In this document: one piece after another, positions 54,855 to 64,000 of the stretch
How the letters are laid out: each line of letters starts with the position of its first letter
How positions within the stretch are numbered: position 1 is the stretch's first letter
Assembly: GCA_016207665.1 (NCBI GenBank)
Contig: JACQPG010000050.1
Location: 5,519 to 69,518 of the forward strand
DNA length: 64,000 nt
Direction of reading: 5' to 3'
DNA from: Elusimicrobiota bacterium
Lineage (GTDB): Bacteria; Elusimicrobiota; Elusimicrobia; UBA1565; UBA9628
Made by a program: the position numbers and the translations under genes
The notes under the pieces: model-generated
Told to the model about the DNA's origin: nothing
Database searches by the model: none
Seen by the model: the letters and a program-made list of their open reading frames with translations, nothing else

Positions 54855-56366
54855 TCAGCTCTTTTTGTAGCTGAGATAGATCAGTTTCCCACGCCGGTTG
54901 ACGTCGAGCAGTATTCCCTCCTTCAGATTGATCTCTGTGGAGACCTTGAGAAAACTCTCGAGATCGCGCGTCTCCTTCCGGTTGACCGAGATGATCAGAT
55001 CGCCGGGCCTTAGCCCTATATCGAAAGCCGAGCTGTCCGGCGGAAGCCCTATCACCACCACTCCCCGGCCGTTCTCCGGCAGGCCGAGCTTCTTGTTGAT
55101 GTCCGGGCCGGCCGTATGCAGCATCGCTCCTTCCCACGTGGCGGGTTGAGGCTCTCCCGGCTTGGCGTCCGGAGATTCCGGCCTGGACTCGGCCGTTTCG
55201 GCCGGCCTCTCCCCCGTCAAGAGGCTCACCTCGGTCTCCTTTGCGTCCCGAATCACGGTCAGGCGCATGAGCGTGCGGGGAGGCGTGTTGCCGATGGATT
55301 TGATGAGCGATTCGGGGGAATCGACTCGCGTGCCGTTGATGCCGATGATCACGTCCGATCGCCACAGCCCGGCCTTGTCGGCGGGAGAACCCTCGAGCAC
55401 GTGATTGACCAGGGCTCCCTTCTGTTCGGGAACCCGGAATTGCCGGGCCATGATGTCATCGATGGGGGCCAGCTCCACTCCCAGCCAGCCACGGACCACC
55501 CGGCCTTCCGCTATCAGTTGGCGCATGATCTCCTTGGCCTGGTTGGCAGGTATGGAAAACCCTATGCCGGCGAATACTCCGGTCGGCGCGAAGATCGCCG
55601 TGTTGACGCCGATGATCTCGCCCTTGGTGTTGACCAGCGGGCCGCCCGAGTTGCCACGATTGATGGCGGCGTCGGTCTGTATGAAATCGGTGTAAAGCCG
55701 TCCCTCCACGTTGAGCGACTGGCGGACCGCGGAGATGATCCCCACGGTGACGGTCTGCTGGAGGCCGAAGGGGCTTCCGATGGCCATGACCCAGTCCCCC
55801 ACCTCGATCCGGTCCGAGTCTCCGAGAGTGGCGGCCTTCAGGGGGCGGGGCACGTCGATCTTGATGACGGCGAGATCGCTGGTCACGTCCGTTCCTACCA
55901 CCCGGCCTTTATAGGTATTCTCCTCCGAATCTTTGACCGTGACGTTGATGACGTCGGCGTCATGGACTACGTGCTCGTTGGTCAGTATATAGCCCCGGGG
56001 ATCGGTGATCACGCCCGAGCCGAGCCCCTCGGTGCGGCGCTTGAAGCGCCGAGGAGTCCTTTCCGGAGCGGGCGCGCCCGGCGCGGGGGCCTCTCCGAAA
56101 TTGCGGAACAAATTCTCCAGAGGATCGCCGAAGAAGAACTCGAAGGGATGGGATTCGACGGTCTCCGTGGCCAGGGTGTTGATGCTGACCACCGAAGGCT
56201 TGACCGTGGCGGCCACCTTCTGGAAGGCTTCTTGCAGCGCCTGTAGTTGCCTCTGCCCGTTGGGCGGCTCGGCAGGAACGGGTCCCGAGGCCGCCCATGA
56301 GGTCCAGAGCAACGCGGCCAGCGCCGTGGCAGCCATGCCCTTCCCGCTTTCTCTTCGAGACGCCAT
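54855..56366 (-). CDS. Do/DegQ family serine endoprotease (2 PDZ)
   Basis: LGSGVI, TNEHVV, DLAVIK, QTDAAINRGNSGGPL; TATAAT 7 nt before ATG 56366. Confidence 0.93.
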   Translation of the reverse strand: MASRRESGKGMAATALAALLWTSWAASGPVPAEPPNGQRQLQALQEAFQKVAATVKPSVVSINTLATETVESHPFEFFFGDPLENLFRNFGEAPAPGAPAPERTPRRFKRRTEGLGSGVITDPRGYILTNEHVVHDADVINVTVKDSEENTYKGRVVGTDVTSDLAVIKIDVPRPLKAATLGDSDRIEVGDWVMAIGSPFGLQQTVTVGIISAVRQSLNVEGRLYTDFIQTDAAINRGNSGGPLVNTKGEIIGVNTAIFAPTGVFAGIGFSIPANQAKEIMRQLIAEGRVVRGWLGVELAPIDDIMARQFRVPEQKGALVNHVLEGSPADKAGLWRSDVIIGINGTRVDSPESLIKSIGNTPPRTLMRLTVIRDAKETEVSLLTGERPAETAESRPESPDAKPGEPQPATWEGAMLHTAGPDINKKLGLPENGRGVVVIGLPPDSSAFDIGLRPGDLIISVNRKETRDLESFLKVSTEINLKEGILLDVNRRGKLIYLSYKKS

Positions 56367-56434
56367 AACGGAAATTATAAGGACGGCCGCCCGCTCCACC
56401 AATGACCACCGTGTAATTTAGATACAATCGAAGA

Positions 56435-57073
56435 ATGACATCGTTTCTGGCGGCGCTGCTGCTGACGGCGGTATCGCCGGGGGCCGAAACAGGCGCCGCG
56501 CGGGAGCTCGGTCTCGCGGCTCGGACAGTCCGCCGTGACCGTGGAGTTCGAGCTGGGACGGGATATCGATCTGGCGCTCCAGGACGTCCAAGCCAAGGTG
56601 GCGCAGTTCACCACCATCGCCGGAGTGGGCGACGTGCAGCTGGGCGGCTATATCGAGCCGAGCCTGAGGGTATGGGTGGACGCGAGCAAGCTTCACGAGC
56701 GTTATCTGACCTTGACGACGTCATCGCGGGGCGCAGCGGCTCCCCTATTTGGAAGACCTTCCGTATCGGCGACGTGGCGCGGGTGGAGGACGGTCTGGCG
56801 GATATGCGCCGCCTGTCGCGCAATAACGGCAAGCCCGCCGTGGACCTCGGGATCAAGAAACAACGCGGCTCCAATTCCGTGGCGGTGCTCTTGTCCCTGC
56901 TCGAGGCCTGTCCGATCCGGCTGAGGCCCATATTGATGACCTCGGTGGCCACCATCGCCGCCGCGGTGCCGCCAGCCTTGGGCTTCGGGCCGGGATTGAG
57001 AGCCGCAAACACCAGGACTCCGTCTCGGAGGTGTTCAAGCAGTTGGGCCAGGGACCATCATCCGCCGGTATAG
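56435..57073 (+). pseudogene. Collapsed remnant of AcrB/MdtB-type RND efflux transporter
   Basis: Colinear blocks VTVEFELGRDIDLALQDVQAKV, GVGDVQLGG...RVWVD, IGDVARVEDG...IKKQRGSNSVAV, RLRPILMTS in two frames. Confidence 0.75.
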
Positions 57074-58147
57074 CGCCTCGGTCCTCGTGATCGCGGTCTG
57101 CGAGTCGAACTCGGATAAGCGCTCGCGGCGCCAGCGTTGCGCCCAAGCCCGGACTTGCTCCTGGTGATCCAAGGCCCATTCCAGGCGGGCGGCCAGGGCC
57201 GCGGCATCTCCGGGCGGGAACAGGAAATCAGCCGAGCCGGGCCCCAGCAACTCGCGATTGCCGGCCACATCGCTGGCGATGACGGGTATGCCCTGGCATA
57301 ATGACTCACGCAAGGCGCCGGAAAGCCCCTCCCCTTTGACGGCCGCATTCACGCTCAAGGTCAAGGTCGAAAGCAGCTCGGGAATATCGGAGCGGAACCC
57401 CGCAAGAACGACGCGGTCCTCCAAGCCGAGCTCCTTGACTCGCTGCCGCATGAGCGCTCCGTCGGTATCGCGGCCCGCGAAGATGAAACGCCCTTGGCGT
57501 CCGCGGGTCTTGAGCAGGGCCGCGGCCCGCAGCAGCACTTCCTGGCCCTTCCATTCAGAGGCGTTGGCGATCTTGCCGATCACGGCCATCCCATCTCTCA
57601 ATCCGAAGGCCTTCTTGATTCCCGCGTCGGGCTCCCGCGGCCGGAAACGGGCCGAATCGACGCCGCTGCGTATCACCGACACGCGGGAGGGATCGACTCC
57701 CGAGTCCACCAATATCCCCTTGACCGCTTCCGCCACGGCCACGATCTGGTCGATGAGCCGGCTTTGATATTTCCAACGGCTGAAGGGGTTTTGCCCCGGA
57801 GGGAATGAGACCCGGCGGCTGACGATGAGCACGGGGCGCTCGCCCATCAGACGCAGCAGCGCCGAGGAAAGCAGGCACACCGCGTGAGAACGGTTGTGAT
57901 GAGCATGCACCACGTCCACTCTCTCGGACTTGATGAACCGCGCCAAGGTCCATGCCGAGAAAATGTCATAGTCCTCCTTGAGCCCGACCGCGAATGTCCT
58001 GAAACCGAGCTCGCCGGCCCGGCGCTCCAGCCCGCTGCCGGGCCGGCACGCGATGAGCACCCGCCAGCCGCGCTGGCTCAAGCCTTGGGAGAGGGCCAAA
58101 AGCTGCGCCGCGCCCCCGGACCATTCGTTCGATTCGGAGACCTGCAA
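57035..58147 (-). CDS. Glycosyltransferase family 4
   Basis: WSGGA, DVVHAH, IRSGVD, EWKGQ, GFRSDI, EGLSGALRESL...PVIASDVAGNRE; start uncertain. Confidence 0.88.
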   Translation of the reverse strand: MQVSESNEWSGGAAQLLALSQGLSQRGWRVLIACRPGSGLERRAGELGFRTFAVGLKEDYDIFSAWTLARFIKSERVDVVHAHHNRSHAVCLLSSALLRLMGERPVLIVSRRVSFPPGQNPFSRWKYQSRLIDQIVAVAEAVKGILVDSGVDPSRVSVIRSGVDSARFRPREPDAGIKKAFGLRDGMAVIGKIANASEWKGQEVLLRAAALLKTRGRQGRFIFAGRDTDGALMRQRVKELGLEDRVVLAGFRSDIPELLSTLTLSVNAAVKGEGLSGALRESLCQGIPVIASDVAGNRELLGPGSADFLFPPGDAAALAARLEWALDHQEQVRAWAQRWRRERLSEFDSQTAITRTEALYRRMMVPGPTA

Positions 58148-58161
58148 TACCGTCGGATTTT

Positions 58162-59103
58162 CTATGCGGATGGCGTCTTTCCGGCGAGGCTCTTGAGTAT
58201 ATTGTCGACGTCGTAGGCCGACAGCAGAAGCAGCGCGTCGCGGCCCTCGACGCGGGCGTAGTAGTAGGAGGGCTTTTCCCCTTTGGCGGCGACCTTGGCC
58301 TTGCCGATCATCCAGCGCGCCTTGCGCTCGCCGGCCTGCAGCTCCACGGAGATCAGGGGCTTGGCCAGGCCGGTCTCCGATACCTTTTCCGAGCCCGAGC
58401 CGAAATCGGAGACGCGAAGGGCGGACAAGGTGGAGATCAAGGCGTCGAGCCTGTCCTTGGGAAGGGAGCCCGACCAGCCCGCGCTGGATTTCCTGAGCTC
58501 GAATGCCTGATTGCCGTAGGTGAGGCGTATCGAGCCGGCGGAGCCGAGATCGATCGAGGAGAGCTGTCTCTGCCGGAAATCGTTGGCCGACCTGTTCATT
58601 TGATAGGAATCGACGCCCGAGGCGATGTAGACGGGCTTGTCCGATTCGTAACGGAAATAATGGCTGTCATGACCCATGGCGGTCTTGCCGAAGTATCCGT
58701 CGAAAACGGGCTCGGATTTTCCCTGAACGAAAAGGCGCACGCGCGAGGCGCTCGAGTCATTGAGCTCGTAATCGGGATAGGATGAAGGATCATCGGAGAG
58801 CCGGGAGCCGATCGACAGCCGGAAGAGGCCGGTCAAGAGCTCCTGGCAGGCCGAGGGATCGGCCCCATCCGGGGGCTGGGCCAGGCGCCAGCTCCCATCG
58901 CGGCTTTCCAATGAAACGGACCGTTCACCCTTCCTTATCTCGATGCGGGACACCGAGCCCTTATCCAGCTCCTTGAGCGGTTCTTGGGCCTTGGGAGGCC
59001 GGGAGGATCTCCAAAGCAACAAGCCGGCAGCGCCCGAAAGGATCAGGGCGCAAGAGGCTAGGACGAGAAAGCGCTTAGGCATGGGAGGAGGCGGCGGGCT
59101 CAT
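58162..59103 (-). CDS. DUF4340 domain protein
   Basis: N-terminal TM, repeated WRL...AD / YELN / TGLAKP modules; follows gldG-like gene. Confidence 0.75.
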   Translation of the reverse strand: MSPPPPPMPKRFLVLASCALILSGAAGLLLWRSSRPPKAQEPLKELDKGSVSRIEIRKGERSVSLESRDGSWRLAQPPDGADPSACQELLTGLFRLSIGSRLSDDPSSYPDYELNDSSASRVRLFVQGKSEPVFDGYFGKTAMGHDSHYFRYESDKPVYIASGVDSYQMNRSANDFRQRQLSSIDLGSAGSIRLTYGNQAFELRKSSAGWSGSLPKDRLDALISTLSALRVSDFGSGSEKVSETGLAKPLISVELQAGERKARWMIGKAKVAAKGEKPSYYYARVEGRDALLLLSAYDVDNILKSLAGKTPSA

Positions 59104-60688
59104 GGGTCCGCGTGGTCTCGGGATTGTCGGCGTAAAGCCCAGGCAGTCGCGCCCTCAGCGAGCGCTGCCGATAGTAGAAGGCCGAGCCCGAAAGCAGGAG
59201 AAGGGCCGGAAGGAAAAAGATCAGGCCGTATTTGGCCGCGCTGCGCTGAAAATCCGAGAGCCGCCGCAAGGGCCTGAAGCTGAACCCCTTGGCGCGTATC
59301 GACAACAGCGACTCGTCCTGGAGAGACCATTCTATGAGGTTCATCAAGAACGCGATGTTCGAGGCCTTGTTGGCCAGGTTCTGATGCAATTGATAGGCCG
59401 TTCCCACCACCACCACACGGCCGGCCGCGGCCTTGTCGGCGCCCGCCTCGGTAGCCGCGACGGTGGAGGGCGCGAGCTTGTAGAAGTCTCCCTCCAAAAC
59501 GCCGGCCAAGGAGAAGGGGCCCTTGTCGGCGCTCTCGAGCTTTTCGAGAGGCTGTCCGGGTTGAATGCTGTTGCCGGTATGGTGCCAGCTTGCCCGGCTC
59601 GACTCGACTAGGGAGGTGAACTTCACCGGACTCGCGGGCACGGCCGCCGCTTTAAGTGGATGCACGAAGGGAAGCGTGACCGCGTCGATGCGGCGGGTGG
59701 CGGGGTGCTCTCGGTTAATCTGGGTCGCCACCGGAAGGAATGGATACTCCTGGATGCGCATCGCCACGAACATGCCGTATTGGGTCTCCATCTGTATGCG
59801 TTCGGATTGGGCGTCGACCACGAAGCCCTCGCGCAGGTCCAGGCCCCATTTTTGCAGCAACGCGGAGAGCCCGCTTTCCTGCGGCATGGCGTAGAAGGCC
59901 TGCAAATTGACGGCGCGCCGGTTGAGCAGCAAGCCCAGAGGCCGGCCCGCGTTGACCCAGGCCTTGAGGCGCTCGATCTCGCCGCTCTTCAAGGGCTGCG
60001 TGGGTCCCAGCAGCCAGAGCGCGTCCAACTTGGCCGGGAGAGGCTTGTCCAGGCTCACGGTCTCGATGTTCATCTGCTCGCTCAGGCCCTGGAAAAGATG
60101 CTGCAGTCCGGGATCGGATCCCGTTTTCTCGCCGTGTCCGCCGACCAGGCCCAGCGTCTTCATTTGAGGGACGGTCAGCTTCTTGATGCGCCGCGTCAGA
60201 TCGTACTCCAGACCGGCCGTGTTCTCAAGCACGGGCAGGGTCTCGGTGCGTCCTTTATAAAGGAACACCGCCCCCATATAGGCTTCCTTTACCTCGAACT
60301 TGTCCCGGGCCATCACGTTGATCTGCACGGGCGCTATCCCGGCGCTCTGGGCCTCGCGCTGCCGCTCGGGCGTGTCCGGATTGATGAACTCGAGCTTGAG
60401 CCTTCCCCGGCCGGAGCTCTTATACTCGCCGAGGAGATCCTTGAGATATTGCTCCTGAAGCCCGTAGGGAGGAGGCAATCGCGGCGTGTAATAGACCTTG
60501 ACGAGCAGCGTATCCTTGATCTGGTCGAGCACGGCCCGGGTGCCGTCGGAGATGGAATAGACCTTTCCGGAGGAGAAATCGAATCGGGCGTAGAAGAACT
60601 GGGACAGCACGTTGGTCGCGGCCAAGGCCGCGAGAAGGAGAGCCGCCCCGGTCACGGAGAAGGCCAGGCCCCGGATCTTGCGATTCAT
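59075..60688 (-). CDS. GldG-like ABC transporter auxiliary protein
   Basis: RFDFSSGKVYSISDGT, LEFINP, EYDLTRRI, GHGEK, NLIEWSLQDESLLSIRAK. Confidence 0.85.
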   Translation of the reverse strand: MNRKIRGLAFSVTGAALLLAALAATNVLSQFFYARFDFSSGKVYSISDGTRAVLDQIKDTLLVKVYYTPRLPPPYGLQEQYLKDLLGEYKSSGRGRLKLEFINPDTPERQREAQSAGIAPVQINVMARDKFEVKEAYMGAVFLYKGRTETLPVLENTAGLEYDLTRRIKKLTVPQMKTLGLVGGHGEKTGSDPGLQHLFQGLSEQMNIETVSLDKPLPAKLDALWLLGPTQPLKSGEIERLKAWVNAGRPLGLLLNRRAVNLQAFYAMPQESGLSALLQKWGLDLREGFVVDAQSERIQMETQYGMFVAMRIQEYPFLPVATQINREHPATRRIDAVTLPFVHPLKAAAVPASPVKFTSLVESSRASWHHTGNSIQPGQPLEKLESADKGPFSLAGVLEGDFYKLAPSTVAATEAGADKAAAGRVVVVGTAYQLHQNLANKASNIAFLMNLIEWSLQDESLLSIRAKGFSFRPLRRLSDFQRSAAKYGLIFFLPALLLLSGSAFYYRQRSLRARLPGLYADNPETTRTHEPAASSHA

Positions 60689-61429
60689 CTAAAACCTCCT
60701 CGCCTGCAGCCTCTCCACGGTCAAATAAAGGAAGGCCGCGATCACGCTGAGGAAATAGAGCAGGTCGCGGGTGTCGAGCACGCCCTTGGCCATGTTGCTC
60801 AGATGCGAATCGACGCCGACGAACTCGGCCAGCCCGCCTAAAGGCCCGGGCAACAGCCCCGCGAACTTGCCGCAAACGAAGAAGAAAAAGGAGATCATGA
60901 AAGAGCTGACGAAGGCCACGATCTGGTTCTTGGTCAACGAGGAGGCGAACAGCCCGGCCGCCCCGTACATGAGCGAAAGCCAGGCCAGGCCTGCGAGTAT
61001 GCCGAGGCTTTCCCCCCAATCCACGCCGCTCTGGGGCTGCACGAGCGCGCTCAAGGCCAGAGGGAAGAAAAGGAGGCCGCCGACGGCGGTCAAGGCCAGT
61101 CCCGCGAAGCCCAGGTATTTCCCCAGCACGATGTCCCAGTCCTGCAAGGGCAGGGTGGCCAAGGTCTCGAAAGTCCCCGACTTGATCTCTTCCGAGATCA
61201 GCCCCATGGTCAAGGCCGGTATGAGGAATGAGAGCAACAGCGGCGCGAAATCCATGAGAGACTTGATCGAGGCTTGGCCCAGAAGGAACAAGGGAAAGGC
61301 GAAGAGATAGCCGGCCAGAAGGTAAAAGACGAATAAGGCCACGTAGGCGCTGGGCGTCTCGAAATAGCCGCGCAGGCCGCGCAGGGCGAGAGTCTTCACC
61401 GCGTTCGACTGGAACAGGGATTGTCTCAT
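60689..61429 (-). CDS. GldF-like ABC-2 permease
   Basis: YFETPSAY, PALTMGLISEEIKSGTFE, GKYL, SSLTKNQIVA, KGVLDTRD. Confidence 0.88.
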   Translation of the reverse strand: MRQSLFQSNAVKTLALRGLRGYFETPSAYVALFVFYLLAGYLFAFPLFLLGQASIKSLMDFAPLLLSFLIPALTMGLISEEIKSGTFETLATLPLQDWDIVLGKYLGFAGLALTAVGGLLFFPLALSALVQPQSGVDWGESLGILAGLAWLSLMYGAAGLFASSLTKNQIVAFVSSFMISFFFFVCGKFAGLLPGPLGGLAEFVGVDSHLSNMAKGVLDTRDLLYFLSVIAAFLYLTVERLQARRF

Positions 61430-62364
61430 TGGCTTTGGGTGAGCTTTCGGAATACTTCCTCGAGACTGAGCTTCTCCTGTCTCATGGCCATGATGGGCCA
61501 GCGCTTGAGGGAGGCCAGATTGAACACTTCCTCGCGCAGGTCCCGACCGGCCTCCGACTCGATGATGAAGCCCGAGCAGCCCGAGCCGGTCTGGCTTTCG
61601 GGCCGCACCGAGGTGGCGCCCTCGAGGCCTTGGAACGACGTCTCGATGGCCTCTCGAGGTCCCTTCAATTCGATGTAAAGGCGATTCTTGTTTTGCACAT
61701 CCCCGGAGATCTGCTCGGGCGTGCCGTCGGCCACGATGCGGCCGCTGTTGATGATGATGACGCGATCACAGGTGGCCGTGACCTCCGGAAGTATATGGGT
61801 CGAAAGAAGCACGGTCTTTTCCTGGCGGAGCTCGCGGATGAGCGAGCGCACCTCCTGGACCTGGTTGGGATCGAGGCCCGAGGTGGGCTCATCCAATATG
61901 AGAACGTCAGGGTCATGCACTATGGCTTGGGCCAGGCCCAGCCTCTGCCGATACCCCTTGGAGAGCTCGCCGACTTTCTTGCCGATCTCCCTTTTGAGCC
62001 CGCAGGCGCGGAGCACGAGCTTGACTCTTTCCCAGCGCTCCTTTGGGTCGTTCAAGCCCCGCAATTTGGCCACGTAATGAAGCGAGTCCGTGAGCTCGAA
62101 GTCGTCGTAGAGTGGGTTGTTTTCCGGAAGATAGCCGAGTCTCTGCCGCACCGAAAGGGGATCGGCGGACACGTCCTGGCCCATCAACTCAGCCCGGCCC
62201 TCGTCCGGCGGCAGATAGGCGGTCAGCAGGCGCATCGTGGTGGTCTTGCCGGCGCCGTTGGGGCCCAAAAACCCCACCACCTGGCCTCGCGGTATCTCGA
62301 AATCGAGATGGTCCACCGCGACGCGAGAGTCGAATTTCTTTGTCAAGGAGACGGCTCGGATCAT
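61426..62364 (-). CDS. GldA-like ABC transporter ATP-binding protein
   Basis: GPNGAGKTT, YLPENNPLY, LSKGYRQR, DEPTSGLDPNQ. Confidence 0.92.
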   Translation of the reverse strand: MIRAVSLTKKFDSRVAVDHLDFEIPRGQVVGFLGPNGAGKTTTMRLLTAYLPPDEGRAELMGQDVSADPLSVRQRLGYLPENNPLYDDFELTDSLHYVAKLRGLNDPKERWERVKLVLRACGLKREIGKKVGELSKGYRQRLGLAQAIVHDPDVLILDEPTSGLDPNQVQEVRSLIRELRQEKTVLLSTHILPEVTATCDRVIIINSGRIVADGTPEQISGDVQNKNRLYIELKGPREAIETSFQGLEGATSVRPESQTGSGCSGFIIESEAGRDLREEVFNLASLKRWPIMAMRQEKLSLEEVFRKLTQSQ

Positions 62365-62490
62365 CCCCTAATTATTAAAAAAAATACACGGCCCAGATCA
62401 AGACCTATTACCACCGGGACCAATAGACCTACAAAGATATGGGCCTAACGACCCAGGCCAGCGGAGGTCTCGGTCGCCTATAATCGTAGG

Positions 62491-64000
62491 GTGGTGCGAG
62501 CTATCCTTATATTGGCCGCGCTTGGCATCGCGGGCTCGGCGTGGAGCAAGACCCAGCGTTCGGCTCCCCGGGGCCGAGGCGCGGTGCAAGCGCCGAGCCG
62601 GGCCGGGAACGCGACAAGGACTCTCGCTCCCAGCGTCTTCGCGCCTCGATCGGGATCAGGTTTTCGCTCTGATGGCGTCGTTACGGGCGCGACCAGCGCC
62701 GATGTGGGGCTAACCGAGGCGGATGCCTCGCCGACGGCGCAGGCCGAGCCCGCGCCGCTAGAGGCCGCGGCCGTCCGACATCGATCCCCATCCATCGCCG
62801 CGGGCACGGAAAGAGAGCTCAAGGCCGCCGTGACGGAGATCACGAGACGGCCGGAGCAAGGCTCCGCGGCCCAGGTTCTTTCCTCGATTTTCGAAGCGGC
62901 CAGGCGCAGACAGGATTCCTTGCCCGACCTTCCCGAGGCCCGGAGAGGCTCGGGTCAAGGCGATGCGGCCCACATTGACGGGCGGCTGGCCCGCACCGTG
63001 GCCTTGGCCGAGTCAGCCCGGGGAGAAAACGCGCCCTCTCTATACAAAGACGCCTTGCGCCAGGCCGAAGAGGCGGTTCGAGAGGGACTCTTGGGCGCCG
63101 ACACGGCCCGTATGGTCAAGGAGATCGTGTTGCGTTCGGCTCGCGCCAGGGCTCCCGCGGCCTTGAGCGCGCTTACGCAGGAAGCCCTTCAGGCGGCCGC
63201 GGGCGGCTCGCAGGCCGAGCGAAGGTTCAAGGGAGCGCTGGCGGGCTTGGCCGGATGGGAAGCGCTCTTAGGAAGTCCCGGGCGGCCCTTCATTCTCAAT
63301 CTTGGGCTGCTTCAAAGATTCTTGTCCGAGGCTTTCAGCCCGGCTCGCTCCTTTTCCCAAGGCTATGGCGCCGCTCCTCCGATAAGCTTCGAGCCCCGAG
63401 AGGGCGGATTGATAGCCAGGCTTCCCCCCTCCTCCTTGGCGAGAGTGCCTTCCCGTCTGGCCGCTTCCTTTAGCCTGAGCGGCGCATCCGCTGGGACCTT
63501 GGCCGCCGAGGGCCGATCATGGGATGAGCCCAGCGGCTCGCTCTGGGATGACGCCCTCCGGATCTATGCCTATCATGAACCTAGGGGCGCTCTCGGCGCC
63601 GCCTGGCGCGCCGGCGTTTTCTTGACCCGCAGAGCCGCGGCCGGCGCCGCTTGGAGCGGTTATTATCTCATCGCCGATCGTTTGGGCCGCGGTCCGGCTT
63701 GGCGGCCAGGCTCGGCTCGGGGCTTCACCGTGACCGGACCGACGAAAATCGGACAGCCGGTCGACCCGTCCACGATGGAGATGTTCGCCCGATTGGAATC
63801 TTTGCGGCGCTCCCAGGCCTTGTTCCTGGGCGGCCTAGCCCGCATGCCGCTGCGCCTATCCGCGGTCCGTTCGGAGTTGCTGGCCGCGTCGGAGCAGGCC
63901 GCGCGGGCCTATGGCGCCCTCAGCGGCGACCCCTCGGCCGAGCGCTCGGTCAAGCTTTTCGCCGCCAGGCTCGAGCGAGAGGCCGAGCTGTTGGATGTGG
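62491..64000 (+). CDS. Large exported hypothetical protein (runs off window end)
   Basis: Not in the ORF track. Manual translation is open from GTG 62491 to the window end; signal peptide VVRAILILAALGIAGSAWS; TATAAT 6 nt upstream. Confidence 0.75.
   Translation, partial: MVRAILILAALGIAGSAWSKTQRSAPRGRGAVQAPSRAGNATRTLAPSVFAPRSGSGFRSDGVVTGATSADVGLTEADASPTAQAEPAPLEAAAVRHRSPSIAAGTERELKAAVTEITRRPEQGSAAQVLSSIFEAARRRQDSLPDLPEARRGSGQGDAAHIDGRLARTVALAESARGENAPSLYKDALRQAEEAVREGLLGADTARMVKEIVLRSARARAPAALSALTQEALQAAAGGSQAERRFKGALAGLAGWEALLGSPGRPFILNLGLLQRFLSEAFSPARSFSQGYGAAPPISFEPREGGLIARLPPSSLARVPSRLAASFSLSGASAGTLAAEGRSWDEPSGSLWDDALRIYAYHEPRGALGAAWRAGVFLTRRAAAGAAWSGYYLIADRLGRGPAWRPGSARGFTVTGPTKIGQPVDPSTMEMFARLESLRRSQALFLGGLARMPLRLSAVRSELLAASEQAARAYGALSGDPSAERSVKLFAARLEREAELLDV

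Noticed and set aside
59075..62364. gldA/gldF/gldG as evidence of Bacteroidota-type gliding
   Set aside because: This ABC + DUF4340 module is widespread in non-gliding bacteria; no gldK-N or sprB in the window.

Overview
GC-rich bacterial chromosome window, probably Elusimicrobiota. This is an inference from the PorV-like barrel, the 'PNPWRADRH...WDL.ND.G.KVASG' C-terminal domain and a 'TLSTYYPAP' protein. It is mostly housekeeping: CCA-adding enzyme (partial), two type II toxin-antitoxin pairs, an opp/dpp peptide ABC operon with an embedded OPT transporter, acyl-CoA ligase, carboxyltransferase, PPTase, thiolase, suhB/hemD, def-fmt-PASTA-rpe-rpsP-khpA-trmD-rplS-rnhB-yraN, punA-pdp-upp, tRNA-His, DegQ and a GldAFG-type ABC system. 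The most unusual elements are: (1) a processive GT2 polysaccharide synthase fused in-frame, through an internal signal peptide, to a predicted outer-membrane beta-barrel, downstream of a HEAT-repeat gene; (2) a TonB/TolA-TPR-TolQ-TolR-TolR-OmpA-like-GYF gene set resembling the myxobacterial Agl-Glt motor; (3) an accessory/decay region near tRNA-His with an unannotated papain-like protease, an S26 peptidase paired with a fibre-like protein, and several genes collapsed by internal deletions; (4) pervasive apparent leaderless transcription. All calls come from motif recognition by eye; no database searches were run.
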